NCBI RefSeq assembly: GCF_006345805.1
Contig: NC_043002.1
Coordinates: forward strand, 87,916,001 to 87,980,000
Source: Octopus sinensis
Lineage: Eukaryota
DNA length: 64,000 nucleotides
Direction: 5' to 3'
Shown here: piece by piece, positions 1 to 12,801 of the stretch
Position numbering within the stretch: position 1 is the first letter of the stretch
How the letters are laid out: every line of letters starts with the position of its first letter
The notes under the pieces: model-generated
Database searches by the model: none
Told to the model about the DNA's origin: nothing
The model's input: the letters and a program-made list of their open reading frames with translations, nothing else
Program-made: the position numbers and the translations under genes

Positions 1-780
1 GAGCAGATCGTGAGGTAACAATGAGCAAAACATGTAAAACAGATATAAGAAAAATCGTGTTAGTAACATGCTTAAACTCTTCCTCTCAATTTAAATCCAT
101 TTGTAAAGAACACTTCAAAACACACACACAGGGAAAAAAACATGGCAAGACGAAGATTTTTCAACAATTTATATACATCTATTCAAGGCTGAGAATTCTC
201 TACGTTTCTTTTTAGAGTCTGTTTCCGCTTTTCCCGCGCATTGTATTACAATGCAAATTACTTTCTTTTACAGGTATTTAAAAATAATGTGCTTCATCAA
301 AGATTGGATAATATATTTGTATATATGTGTAGACTTATGTAAGTGTGCACAGAAACGCTCGTATGAGCGGTAACACGTGATTCTATTCCTGCAGCGTTTG
401 ATTAATTAATTATGTGATACGATATGCAGATATGCCTTCAGTCGTCAACTATGACGTAATCCAGTTCACCTATTCTAGTTAAGAAGTAACGTAATCAAAT
501 GTCATTCCGTTATCTGAGCTAGAGTATATTCTAATATCAATTAATACTATGTGCTATGAAAAATGATTGTATCAACTTAAAGCTTTCTAATATAATTGTG
601 ATTTGTACATTTAGGTGATTTTTATGATGTATGGTTGACTGTGTGCTTTGCTGTGGATTAATTATATATGGCTGTTATTCAAATTATCTACTGCTCATTA
701 AGTTATGTGTGAGTATGCATTATGAGTGCGGATACATATACATGCTTACATATATACATGTTCACATGTAATCATGTAAG

Positions 781-827
781 CATGTACATACATACATACA
801 TACATACATACATACATACATACATAC

Positions 828-858
<31 letters not shown>

Positions 859-860
859 CA

Positions 861-891
<31 letters not shown>

Positions 892-900
892 GTATGTATA
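781..900. repeat. (TACA)n microsatellite
   Basis: Direct reading of tandem CATA units. Confidence 0.95.
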
Positions 901-1548
901 AATATACGTGTGTTTGTGTGAGTTTAATAACTCAATGTCTAAAAATAAAAGTATTTAAATTGATCTCAGCTTTCTGTCCGTCAGTGTTATATCTATTTGA
1001 AGCAGTTTTGCTTTGGTCAGAATGATTTTAATATCAATGCAAATTGCAATTACATCGAAAGACATCTAACTACAAAGCGTGAATGTGGTCGTATTCGCAT
1101 ATGTGCGTACACAGAGAAGAAATATTTCTACGAAGTCTCATGTACGGGTAAGTAAATTTATTTCAGAGGTTTTGACCTTTTAGTGATATTCTATTTCAAA
1201 CAAAGATTCTAATCATCTTATTGAAATGTCAGGGTGGGCTTTGTTAAATGTTGAAAGATTTGGCAATAATGGATATTTGCTGACTTTGGGAATATTTTTG
1301 GATAAGCTTGGCATGATGGTTCTGCTAATTTTATTCATTTTCAGCGGAGAATTCGGTGCTAATGTATTTGCTTAATTTAGATATGACATTTTTAAAAAAT
1401 TTCTTTTTGAACTCTTGTATTCGACCAAACAAGTCAGTAACTGCAGATGGTGGTAAAAATGTTGGAGAGACTGCGTGTAATAAAAGTGTATGAAAGTTTG
1501 GGATGGGTGTGAGAGTAATATATATTTAATTATTTCAAAATTTAAGAT

Positions 1549-2276
1549 AGGTGGGGGACTGGCAAAATAGTTATCGCGCCGGACAAAATGCTTAGCAACA
1601 TCTCTTCCGGCTTTCCATTCTGAGTTCAAATGCCACCGAGGTTGATTTTTGCCTTCCGTTCTTTCGGGATCGATGAAATAAGTGTTAGTCAAGCACAAGG
1701 GTAGATGTACCGTAAATCCTCGAATATAATCCGCATTTTTTTCCAAAAATTTAACGGTCAAAATCGCTAGTGCGTACTATATACGAGGTTACAAATAAAA
1801 AATATTTTCTAAGCAATGTCCGAGTCTCTATTTGCTGTCCAGCAATGTTTATTCAGACGCATTTTGTGATGTCGGGCGCGAAAATACCTTAAGTTAAGCC
1901 TGAAAGCAATGAAGTCATAAAAAAATCATCCGTAACTTGCAGTAAGCAACATTTATTAAACGTTATTACTATTATTACTGTTATTTATTTATTTTCTGCA
2001 AACAAAATGCACAAGAAAGCTACACGTTTGCATTATGTCATATATACAATAACCGTATACTGTTTTACAAACCAAGGACGTTATATAGACCTCCTTGACT
2101 CAAGTTAGAGGAGGGGTGCGTATTATACACAAGGTTTGGGTTTTTCAGAGGTACAGCCCCCTAAAAATCCCCTGCTTATTATACTCAAGGGCGGACTATA
2201 CTCGAGGATTTATGATAATTGACTATCTCCTTCCTTTGAAATTTCGAGCCTTGTGCCTAAAGTAGAAAGGATTATT
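1549..2276 (+). mobile_element. tRNA-derived SINE family 1 (tail type B), split by a DNA MITE
   Basis: Decayed head (ggactggcaaaatagttatcgcgccgg) and body (gagttcaaat...gaggttgattttgcc). Tail gccttgtgcctaaagtagaaaggattatt resumes after the insertion at 1710-2215. Confidence 0.8.
1710..2215. mobile_element. Non-autonomous Tc1/mariner-superfamily (pogo/Tc2-like) MITE
   Basis: 25-bp imperfect TIRs ccgtaaatcctcgaatataatccgc / gcggactatactcgaggatttatga. TA duplicated at 1708-1709 and 2216-2217. Removing it restores the SINE motif gatgTAattgact. Confidence 0.85.
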
Positions 2277-2284
2277 TCAAAATC

Positions 2285-2497
2285 TAAGGCGCCGGACTGG
2301 CAAAATCGCAACCGCATCAGACAAAATACTTAGTGGTATTTCTCCCACCTTTACATTCTGGGTTCAAATGACGTTGAGGTCGACTTAGATTTTCATCTTT
2401 TCGGGAACGATGAAATATACGTATCAGTTAAGCACTGCGGTCGCTGTAATTTTCAACAAAGATTTCACACCTTTGTGCCTATAGTAGAAAGTATTAT
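2285..2497 (+). mobile_element. SINE family 1, tail type B
   Basis: Head taaggcgccggactggcaaaatcg, body gaggtcgactt, tail ttgtgcctatagtagaaag. Confidence 0.8.
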
Positions 2498-2859
2498 TTC
2501 AAAATTTGCTACGCAACAGGAAACGTACTAAACATAAGGTGATTTAAATGCCGTGGTAAGTGTCAACGAGGATAGAGGAACAGTGCTTATCTTTAAAGAG
2601 AAATCGTTCATTTCAATGCGTGTTGGGACTCATCGAAGAGTAAGTAACAGTTGATCATTGAATCAGAACAATCTCGGAAATTTTGCGGTAGGTGTCATGT
2701 TAACGTTATCGGATGATGTATGTCTCTGTCACTGTACTGGAGTGAATGGTTTTCTAGTGAACAGGTTCGAATATTTTTTTTAATTCTATGTAATTTAAGA
2801 AATTGTGTTATTAATCTATCGATGCTTATCTCACATACACATGCATCTGAGCACATGTA

Positions 2860-2984
2860 TACATATATATATATATATATATATAATTATTTTTGCATTT
2901 TCTATCTTGACTTTTTTCCATATATATGTATATATATGTATATATATGTATATATATGTATATATATGTATATATATATATATA

Positions 2985-3044
<60 letters not shown>

Positions 3045-3072
3045 CATACGTACACATATATACACGCACAAG

Positions 3073-3100
<28 letters not shown>
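2860..3100. repeat. Compound (TA)n/(TATATG)n/(CA)n microsatellite
   Basis: Direct reading; source of several spurious YI/HT-rich ORFs. Confidence 0.95.
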
Positions 3101-3104
<4 letters not shown>

Positions 3105-3106
3105 TA

Positions 3107-3948
3107 TACAGGCTGCGATATATATTATTTTTAATTTCACGTAGGCGTAATGTTTGTTTTTGGATTTGTCGACTACAGGGTCAGTTGGGCATCGTCTGTG
3201 AGAAAAACAGCGCCCTTACGCAATTCACTCTGCCAGAAATTTGGAAACGACATGCTGTGCTGATTGGCATTCGCGCCTGAAGCTCCAATACGATCAGATG
3301 GTGAACACACAAAACAACTGTTGGCTTGCCGTGTCCCCAAAACATGTACCGAATGTGATAAAAATCAAACATTCAGTCAACATCATGGTGTTTGGAATTA
3401 TCACTAGTGATGGCGACATTATGTCTCCATTCATATTCCCACACCTCCATTCATATTCCCACACGGCCTAAGACTCAACACGGGGGCCTACATCAAGTGC
3501 TTGGATGAAGATGTTGGCTACTGGAAGACCCTATGTCTGGCAACAGGACTCTGCACCATGCCACACAAGCAGGAGAATCCAGTCATGGCTGACCCCTAGC
3601 ATCTGATCACCTAACACTCCAGACTGCAACTCCCTTGATTATTATGTGTGAGGCGCAATTGAGCGAGTGACCAACAAAACTGCTTGTAACACCAAAGATG
3701 AACTGAAGGCGAAGATTATGGCAGCATTCATCAACTTAAACAAGGAGACTGTCCAGAAGAGTTACAGGAGATTCCCAAGTCGTCTGGAGACAGTGGTTGA
3801 AGCCAAAGGCGATGTTATTGAATAAATTTACTCTTTAGTATTTCAAGATATCTTTATGTAATTTTAGTAATTATATCTGTTAAAATGAGATATCAATGGT
3901 ATTTTCATTTTTGCGTAATTTAGACAACAGTTTATTCACCTCAGCCTA
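3107..3948 (+). mobile_element. Defective mariner-type (IS630-Tc1-mariner) DNA transposon with internally deleted transposase
   Basis: Translates with stops and frameshifts to ...KHSVNIMVFGIITSDG...GRPYVWQQDSAPCHTSRRIQSWL...SPNTPDCNSLDYYV...RLETVVEAKGDVIE (DD..D catalytic motifs). 3' end ...cacctcagcc followed by TA. Confidence 0.88.
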
Positions 3949-3957
3949 TATATACAT

Positions 3958-3996
<39 letters not shown>

Positions 3997-4019
3997 CATA
4001 TTATTATTATTATTTTATT

Positions 4020-4103
<84 letters not shown>

Positions 4104-4478
4104 AGTCTATGTTTTTATTTATGCATATTTACGTAACTCAATACTCAAAAATAAACTATTTACATTGATCTATCTGATCTTTATGCCCGTTAGTGTAAAA
4201 TCTATTTGGAGCACGTTTATTTTGATCAAATGTTTATTTTGAAATACTTATACACTATATTATAACATGTATATTTAAAAATATGTATGAACCAATGTCG
4301 TTTGAATTGTAATACAATGCGCAGTGAAGGCAAAACAAACTCTAAATAGCAACAAAGGGAAGTGTCAGCTTTGAATAAATGTGCATAAATCGGGTTGTAA
4401 GTATCGATGCGTCATCTTCATCTATGCGAGTGAGAAAAAAAATGACCTGGAGCAATCAAGAACAGTTGTGTGGCCACT

Positions 4479-4675
4479 GGGAGGGTGCTGAAAAATTGGT
4501 GGTTTGGAGTAAAAGAAAATGCATGAGGATCAGTTAATTATGATAATTTTATTCAACATATTCCCCTCTCAAATTCACACACTTATTGCAGCGGTTCTTC
4601 AGTTTTTTTCTTAGGCCTCCGACTATGTTTTTAGCGATACCCTTAAAGCCAGGAACATTTCAACGCCCCCTCGTA
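4479..4675. mobile_element. Mariner-derived MITE
   Basis: Imperfect TIRs gagggtgctgaaaaatt / aacatttcaacgccccctcg, right end followed by TA. Confidence 0.65.
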
Positions 4676-5903
4676 ATTGGTTGCAGCTTACAAACATATG
4701 AAATCAAATATGTAGGTTGTTAAAGAAAAGAAACCATCCGTCGAACCATTGGTTTTCTTTGCAGGAAATATCGGAGATAATGTAAATAATCTGCAGAATA
4801 TTTTGCCTTTAGAGAGAGATAACTGGTGAAACTACTTCTACTAGGAATTGAAGTGTTGCTCTAGAGCTGGCCAGCGGGAGAACTGAACTTCAATTATTGG
4901 ATGAATTCAAAGCATTATAAAGACAGATATTGTTATTGTTGTTTTATAATGAAATGTATTGCAACTAGGACCATCTTATCTTTTTGTATATGAAAGCAAT
5001 GCAAGAATCTCAGTAGTTCTGCCCTTTAAAGTACTTCTGTCCTTTGAAGGATATCCAGCTGTTGAAGACAATTTGTTGGTTCGAAGAGTAATTATCCGCA
5101 CAAGTTGGTAGAGGTGTAATGATACATGTTGGAAATCTTCAGTTGCAGCTGAAATTGCTTTAACATACAGTTTGTTATGGGATGGTTCACTATAGTTCAG
5201 CTTCTTATGCATCAGGCGGCTGTTGTAGTTGTTGTTGTAGTTTGATGTTTTTGCTGTTGCTTATTATTCCTATCACAATTCTGGCCAGTGAAAATTGTGG
5301 TGAAAAACATTACCATAGCATCTTTTTTTTTTTTACTTCGAACACTGTTTTTATGCTTATATTATTTCATGTGTCTTTCATTCTTCATAAGATGATATGG
5401 TAAAAACTTGAGCAGAATTTTGCTGTTATGTCTCAAAAGAATTCACGTGCACTTGTGTGAATGCATTAAATAACATTCGAGTTTTCTCAAGTACCCTAAT
5501 ATTTTCTGATCCGATTCAAAACCCCTCGGCACACTTGAGAACAAGTGCGCTGCAACACTGTAATTGATTGAAAACGTCTGCTATAAGACCTCAACCACCT
5601 TCAGTACTAGAGCTTGCTAAGGCTATATGGTTTTTGATTAGATCAGTAGGAATATTTCTAGCAGAGGTAGATGGCTTGAAAACTGAGAGAGGAGCTGAGT
5701 GATTACATTGAATCCAGTACTTGACAAAATTTACCTCGTTGCGATTTGAATTCAGACTGTATAGAAAAAGAAATACTACATAACATTTCGTCAGACGCTG
5801 TAACGCTTGTGCTAATCCATCGCCCGAATTCGCTCATTTATAATGCAACTGGCATTATATGAAACAGAATTGCATGTTTTGATTCTAGTCCTCAGGAAGT
5901 TAA

Positions 5904-6479
5904 CCATTTGACTGCGTAATTAAATTTCATGTTCATTCCCGTAATAATGTTAATTTATCCACCAAAAGATAGAATTGATATTCTTTACTTCTGTAATAAT
6001 TTTTCAGTACCTCCTCGAGGTACGGTTTACATACGCACCACTAAAAGTATTTGATTCTTGCTCTGTAAAGAGATGTTGATGAAATATGTAAAAAATATTA
6101 AGACAATTTGAAAAATCGTCTTTTGTAGACAATGCCACTGGGGATATCCTCACTTCCCGTATCATGAATAGAGGGCTTTTCAAAGCCGTGGGGTAAAACC
6201 GTTTTCCACAGTCAAAGATATGTTTCTTTATTACCCACAAGGGGCTAAACATAGAGGGGACAAACAAGGACAGACAAACGAATTAAGTCGGTTACATCGG
6301 CCCCAGTGCGTAACTGGTACTTAATTTATCGATCCCGAAAGGATGAAAGACAAAGTCGACCTCGGCTGAATTTGAACTCAGAACGTAACGGCAGACGAAA
6401 TACGGCTACGCATTTCGCCCGGCGTGCTAACGTTTCTGCCAGCTCGCGAGCAATATAATGGCTATCCGCGTTCAAAGGG
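5904..6479. mobile_element. piggyBac-like MITE containing a nested SINE
   Basis: TTAA at 5900-5903 and 6480-6483; termini ccatttga / tcaaaggg. Confidence 0.5.
6221..6450 (-). mobile_element. SINE family 1, tail type A (Tx1-like tail)
   Basis: Minus strand reads gcgagctggcagaaacgttagcacgccgggcgaaatg...agccccttgtgggtaataaagaaac. Confidence 0.9.
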
Positions 6480-6861
6480 TTAACATACGGCAGTGTAAAT
6501 TACTTGTGGTGTTCTATTCTTTATTGAGTGTCTACGTCTTTATCATGTAGTTGTCTATGAGAAAGGAAGTAGTTACGAAAAGACTAGTATCACACGTAAA
6601 CAAAAGAAAAATCTGTATTAAATAGAATCAAGGGCATTGAGAATAAAACTGGACTTCATTAAATCATTAGTGTTTGGGTCGTCAAAAGGAATTAAGGTTC
6701 TACAAGTTGAAGAGTTAATTAGATTAATTAACAGAATGTGTATTACAATTATGTCACTACCACTGTCTACGATGGATTTCAAAAAATTGGATTTGACGTC
6801 GCCTCTTCTGTTTCTACACGTTTTTTACTCACATATATCCACACACATAGTGTGTGTATGA

Positions 6862-6891
<30 letters not shown>

Positions 6892-6896
<5 letters not shown>

Positions 6897-7105
6897 TAAT
6901 CCAAACACGAAAAGACAAAGAGAAAACACAACAACGCGAGGACGTGGAACAAGTATAGTATTGTTGGACGCTCAGGAAAGAATGAAAGAAGGAGGGTGTA
7001 ACGTTTCGAGCGGAGCTCTTCGTCAGAAACATAGGAAAAGGAAAGATCCAAAGAAGGGAAGACGGAGGAAAAGAAATCGCCAACGGTACACACGCAGTCA
7101 CATTT

Positions 7106-7106
<1 letters not shown>
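6892..7106 (-). mobile_element. Short non-autonomous Penelope-type repeat with a hammerhead-like motif (6996-7032)
   Basis: Minus strand tgttt-CTGACGA-a-gagc tcc gctc-GAAAC-GT-T-acac; stem I imperfect. Abuts (TA)n. Confidence 0.55.
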
Positions 7107-7174
<68 letters not shown>

Positions 7175-7180
7175 GATATA
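7107..7180. repeat. (GATA)n microsatellite
   Basis: Direct reading. Confidence 0.95.
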
Positions 7181-7482
7181 GATGACACAGTTAGACAGAC
7201 AGAAAGGAGAAGATAGTTATATTATATATATATATATATATATAATATTATATATATAATATATATATATGTATGTACATGTATGGTTTTATATATATGT
7301 ATATATATAATAAATATTAGGGAATAAATCCAAATTTACAGGGAAAAATCAGATTTAGGATTAAATCCAATTTTATAGTAAAATATTATAAAATATTATT
7401 AGAGACAAAACCACTATTTTGCAAAAAAACAAGGAAAGACTTAATCAATACATAAAATTTTAATAAATAGTCAAAAAAACCG

Positions 7483-7525
7483 CCACTACAATTGTTTCTT
7501 GTCTTGATCGACAATCTTCAGGTGG
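7483..7525 (-). ncRNA. Minimal type I hammerhead ribozyme
   Basis: Minus strand CCAC-CTGAAGA-TTGTC gatcaa GACAA-GAAA-C AATT G-TA-GTGG. All core nucleotides present, stems I and II perfect, palindromic stem III, GUA cleavage triplet. Confidence 0.85.
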
Positions 7526-7974
7526 ACTTCCAATCTAAAATATCAATATTTTAAAATATAAAAATAATAATTTTAAAATAATTAAAGTATGAATGAAAAA
7601 ATGTAAATATATAATCCATATATAACCTATATATAATCCATATATAATCAATATATAAACAATATATAAACTAAAATAAACCTATCAACAATTAAATATA
7701 AATATAAATATAAAACAAAACAAAAAAATAATAATAATATAATAATAAACTATATATACACCCATACACATATACCTAATTATATATAACCATATCTAAC
7801 TACATACACTAAATCACACACTATATATATATCCCTATACATACACATTAAAACGTCTAGGCAACTATAAATAAATAAAATAGCTAAATACTTCAACACA
7901 ATACTTATTCATACTCCCACACACACACACACATACAACCCACATTCACGCTCTAGAAAACGGACATCACTTAA

Positions 7975-9560
7975 AATTATGAACGGAGAGAAATGGAATA
8001 AATGGAATTAAAATTATATTCACTTGGTAAAACTAACACTACTTAAAAATTATGAATGAAACAATGCAATAAAACAACAGACATCGCAAATAGACACAAA
8101 TTACTACGAATTCCTTAACAAACCTACCATGATAAACCAAAACTCATAAAAACATATAATGATAAAATCTCCCTTTACTAAACTCTATAACATACCTATA
8201 TAGCAATCCCCCTAACCTAAACATTCACACCAAAATACACACACGTAAACCACACACCCACGACATATACAAATACCCACACCACTTACACATACCTATA
8301 CATACATATAAACCTCAACATATACTCCAAAAACCCACTCAACCCCACACAGACAAATAAACACAAAAATTATGAATGGATTCTTTTAAACTACCATGAT
8401 AAGCTAAAACTCAAAAACATAAATGATAAAACCTCCCTTTACTAAACACTATAACATACTTATATAGGAATCCCTTTAACCTATACATTCACACACAAAT
8501 ACACACACGTAAACCACACACCCATAACAAATACAAACACCCACCCCACTCACACACACCCACAAGTACATATACGCCTCAACATATACACCAAACAAAA
8601 TTACTTTACCAAGGAACTTAACATATGTATAAAAAGTATAACCGCTCTGGAAACGAACATCTTTTAAAATAATGAATGGAGAAATGGAATAAATGGAATT
8701 AAAAATAATATTCACGTGGCAAAACGAACACCACTCAAAAATTATGAATGAAACAATGTAATAAAACAACCAACATCGAAAATAGACAAATTACCACGAA
8801 TTCCCTAAAAAAAACCATGATAAACCAAAACTCTTAAAAACATATAACGATAAAATCTCCCTTTGCTAAACTCTATAACAAACCTATATAGCAATCCCCC
8901 TAACCTAAACATTCACACACAAAAAAAACACAACGTAAACCACAGACCCACGACTTATACACATACCTATACTAACTTATAAACCTCAATATACACCAAA
9001 AACCCACTCCCTCCCCACACAGACAAATTAACACATACATCCCAAAACCTAAATAACAAACCCATATACACATTCACACACAAACACACACACACGCAAA
9101 ACACACACACACAACAGATACATATACTCCCTCACATATACGCATATACATACTCACTAAACTCGATATATACAACAATATTTACACCCACACTCATACA
9201 TATAAATAAATATACAACTAAAAACTCACACACAATCTCATATACATAACACTCCAATAAAAAACAACATTAAATACATCGTAATTAACCAGAATATCAA
9301 AAATAACAATATGACATAAGGAGAAATAAAATACATACTTACAAGTCAGTTTCAAATTATGAAGTGAAATTAAATTCTTAGCCGTTAAAAAAATCAAACC
9401 AAAATTACGTTACCATAGAAATATAACTTATGTAAAAAAAGAATACGCGCCATGGAAAGTAAACGTCATTTAAATTATGAATGGAGAAATAGAATAAATG
9501 GAACTAAAAACTATATCCACGTGGCAAACCAACACTACTTAAAAAAAATTTATTATGAAT
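7975..9560. repeat. Degenerate tandem duplications (period ~690-800 bp) within the PLE 3' region
   Basis: gaaatggaataaatggaattaaaa-type block at 7990, 8681 and 9486; aaccaaaactc block at ~8135 and ~8823. Confidence 0.8.
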
Positions 9561-11020
9561 GGATTCTTTAATAAAACTACCATAATAAATTATTATATAC
9601 AATTATGAGCTTAAGCTCATCTTAGCAGCTCTAACAAACAACTTGCAGTAACCCAAATCTATTCTCGATGCCTGCCTTACTACTACACTATTCCATTCCC
9701 AATTCCAAGCAACGCTAGCCCACCACCCGGTTACAATTCCCAACTCCACCCATTCATTCACAATTTCAACGACGTTCACCTCCACAGCGCTACATATAAG
9801 CCTCAACATATACACCGGAGATTCAATTTCACATCCGTGCGGATGGGTGAGATTATACATTGAGTGTAGTGATGGGCTCCCATTCCATTACTATACACAT
9901 TTGTACCTGTGTGGTAGTCTCCATGTGTATATTCACGCACGGGTAAATGCAGGGGGTACACGCGCACGGCATGTACGTGTACCCCCTCACATGTACATAT
10001 GCATGCTAGTTGGGCTCGATATGTGCAACAATGTAATCGCGCCCGCATACATGCATATGGGCGAGTTGCACAATCAAAATACGCACACGTGTGTGTGTGC
10101 GTTCCCTGGTTGTGCAATTCACCCATCTGGGTGTGAGTGGGTGTAAAGTATTGCTGTGGATGTCGAGCTTGATACGTATGTATATGAGTGTGTATTGGGG
10201 GGTTGTACGTATTTATTGTGTGCATGTGCTTCACGCACGTGCGTCCATGTATGGATGAATATATTGGGATTGCTATGTGGGTGTAAATTGAGTATGGAGG
10301 GGGGAGTTTATGAGTGGGAGTTTTGTCATTGTATGGGTGTAGGTTCATTTGTGATGGTGGTTTGTTGGTGATTTTTAATATGTTCTGTATATTTGGGTTA
10401 GTTATGTATTATTCTAGTGTGTATAATTGTATACATATGATTGGTGTGAGTGGGATTACGCCTATTTTTAGGGATGTATGTGTTTATTCGTCCGTATGGG
10501 GCGGGAGTGGCTGTTTGGTGTATATGTTGAGGCTCACATGCAATTCCAGGTACGCGCGCGAATGAAGTGGGCACTTATATTTGTTATGGGTGTATACTTT
10601 ATTATAACAGACAATACCCAAATAAAATCTGTCAATTCAACATACCAAATAAAAAACAAAAAACAAAGGGATCGTAAACATTCACACATACATACAAAAC
10701 TCAATAAAAACACCACTAAATAACACCCATCAACATATAAATATATCCTCCAAAATACATATAACAAATGCATAATAAAAATAATAATAAAATAAATAAA
10801 AATAAAAAAATATAAATAAAGAAAATAAAAAAATCTAATATAAATTATTAAAGTTTTAACATACCTTAAACTGTTATATTATATACATTAAAAATGAACT
10901 AATTAAAACAAAGAAATATCAATAAAGACTAACTATAATTAAAGCCTAGACTACATACAAAAAATATTATCTAAACTAATTTAAACTAAACTAAAGTAAC
11001 CTAATAGGGAACTATTATTG

Positions 11021-11536
11021 CTATTTATCATGAAACTTATTATATAGGTAAAGTAACTTATGTCTGCATTTTATTTTGCGCTCTTCACCAGTATTAAGTA
11101 AATTATCATACTTATAAAATAAAATTTCTTTAAACTCATTAGAGCATAAATAACAACAATTAGCTCCTATAGTATATGATTTAGTTTTACAAATTATTCC
11201 CAAATTAAACTATAATTAATATTTAGTGATTTAAGACTCCAAATGTACTTACTAAGTCCAGTTGAGTTGATTAATTTTATTTTTAAAAGAATTCATATGT
11301 TGTGCGATTCTTAGTTTTATTTTTGAGGAAGTAGAACCTATATAAACCGCTTTTGGGTAATTATTATTCTTAAAGTTATTATCATGTAATGTAACTATAC
11401 ATTTATACACTACATCGTTAATATCACAATTATTATTTAATATACAATTAGATTTATCTCTACATGTACAATTAATATAAGTCTTATCATTATTAATATT
11501 ATTATCAAATAATTTCTTTTTATAAAAATTATTCAT
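11021..11536 (-). pseudogene. Penelope-like GIY-YIG endonuclease (one frameshift near 11260)
   Basis: NCTCRDKSNCILNNNCDINDVVYKCIV...YIGSTSSKIKLRIAQHMNSF, then ...IICKTKSY...CYLCSNE...LLNTGEERKIKCRH. Confidence 0.85.
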
Positions 11537-12059
11537 TTTATATTATTAAATGAAGAAATAATGTTACCAACATTATTAGTGGTAGAATAACCAACCACCC
11601 AAAATTATTAAAAGAGAAAATGTTTCTATATTTACGATTAACTCTAATAAATAGTTCTATAACATCTAAAATCTCTTTAATAATATTCGTTTTTACTTGA
11701 TCTCCATAAGGAACTATTAACCAAATTTTATTCTTAATAACCTTATTATTATTATCATTATTATAAATATATTTATAATTCTTTATTTTATAAAAATTAT
11801 TATCAAAATTATATCTATGTACAGCATTTAAGGAATTATTAATATTATTAATTTTCAATATAATTATTATAATAATTATTAAATTTATTTTTATTTTTAT
11901 ATATTCTTATATATTATTATTATTATTATATTTATTATTATTATTATTATTCTTATTTATATTTTTATCATTTTTATTATTTTTTTTATAATATCTATTA
12001 TTTTACCACTAAACCTAACAAAATTATAATTATTATTAGAAGTATCTCGAAAATTATCA

Positions 12060-12483
12060 ATTAAATCTTTATCACTAATATTATAAAATTTAATATTCCT
12101 ATTATAACCTGCCCCTCTAAGGGCCTCATTATAATAATAGCATGTTTATTATTAAAAATCTCTATATCATAAGAGAGTAATGAAATACGTTTACTTATAT
12201 TATTAATCAACGATTTTTTAATAGAAAATGGGTGATTACTATTAACATTTATATATCTAAGGTTCTCATTAAGTTTATGATATGGTTGTGTTTTACCTGT
12301 AATAAGATTAAAATTAACATCTAAATAATTAACATTATAATTCTCCTTATATATAGTAATACTTAAACCATATCTTTTAAAGAAACTATATAGTTTTTTC
12401 TTATATACTTCAAGATTCCTATTAGTACAATTCTTTGTAACTAGTAGAAGATCGTCTCTATATAAACCACCCTCTATCTTAAA
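12060..12483 (-). pseudogene. Penelope-like reverse transcriptase C-terminal half (not in the supplied ORF track)
   Basis: Hand translation FKIEGGLYRDDLLLVTK...NVNYLDVNFNL...PYHKLNENLRYINVNSNHPFSIKKSLINNISKRISLLS; YRDD at 12451-12462. Confidence 0.85.
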
Positions 12484-12489
12484 ATAATA

Positions 12490-12595
12490 TGTGACAATTA
12501 TTCAATAGCCAAGATAAAACTCTGAGTTTCAGATGCCAAGGTGGTAATCCACAACAGCATCTCTTCGGTTATCTGGCCATCTGAAAAACGCCTTA
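12490..12595 (-). mobile_element. Solo PLE terminal module with hammerhead (12513-12573; U4 of the core mutated to C)
   Basis: Minus strand GATAA-CCGAAGA-GATGC...GCATC-t-GAAAC TCAGA GTT-TTATC; homologous to 33375-33500. Confidence 0.65.
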
Positions 12596-12618
12596 TATAT
12601 ATATATTGATAGACAGAC

Positions 12619-12751
<133 letters not shown>

Positions 12752-12801
12752 TTATCCACACACATGTATATGGTACAATATTATATATTTGCTTATGTAA
12801 A

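Larger units (their letters stand above)
7313..12497 (-). mobile_element. 5'-truncated Penelope-like element (probably Hydra clade): RT C-terminus, linker, GIY-YIG endonuclease, ~3.7-kb 3' region, terminal hammerhead
   Basis: YRDD RT motif, SNHP thumb motif, CxCx5Cx5C followed by GIY-YIG, hammerhead at 7483-7525. The 3' terminus matches 51485-51565 and abuts (TA)n. Confidence 0.8.

Noticed and set aside
352-390. GAAAC-GCTC gtat GAGC-GGTA hairpin (and the hairpin at 29835-29860) as hammerheads
   Set aside because: One half of the catalytic core is missing in each.
2720-3144. Many ORFs of YI/HT/MYVC type here and at 14809, 19158, 24194, 37192, 38341, 39385, 59266 and 62031
   Set aside because: Translations of di- and tetranucleotide microsatellites; no coding signal.
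925-4245. Diverged ~110-bp similarity between 925-1040 and 4133-4245
   Set aside because: Most likely two fragments of an old unclassified repeat; no termini or structure to support more.
6122-6195. Peptide FVDNATGDILTSRIMNRG resembling a cadherin-repeat motif
   Set aside because: The frame is closed by stops within ~30 codons, lacks other cadherin motifs, and lies inside a putative piggyBac-like MITE.
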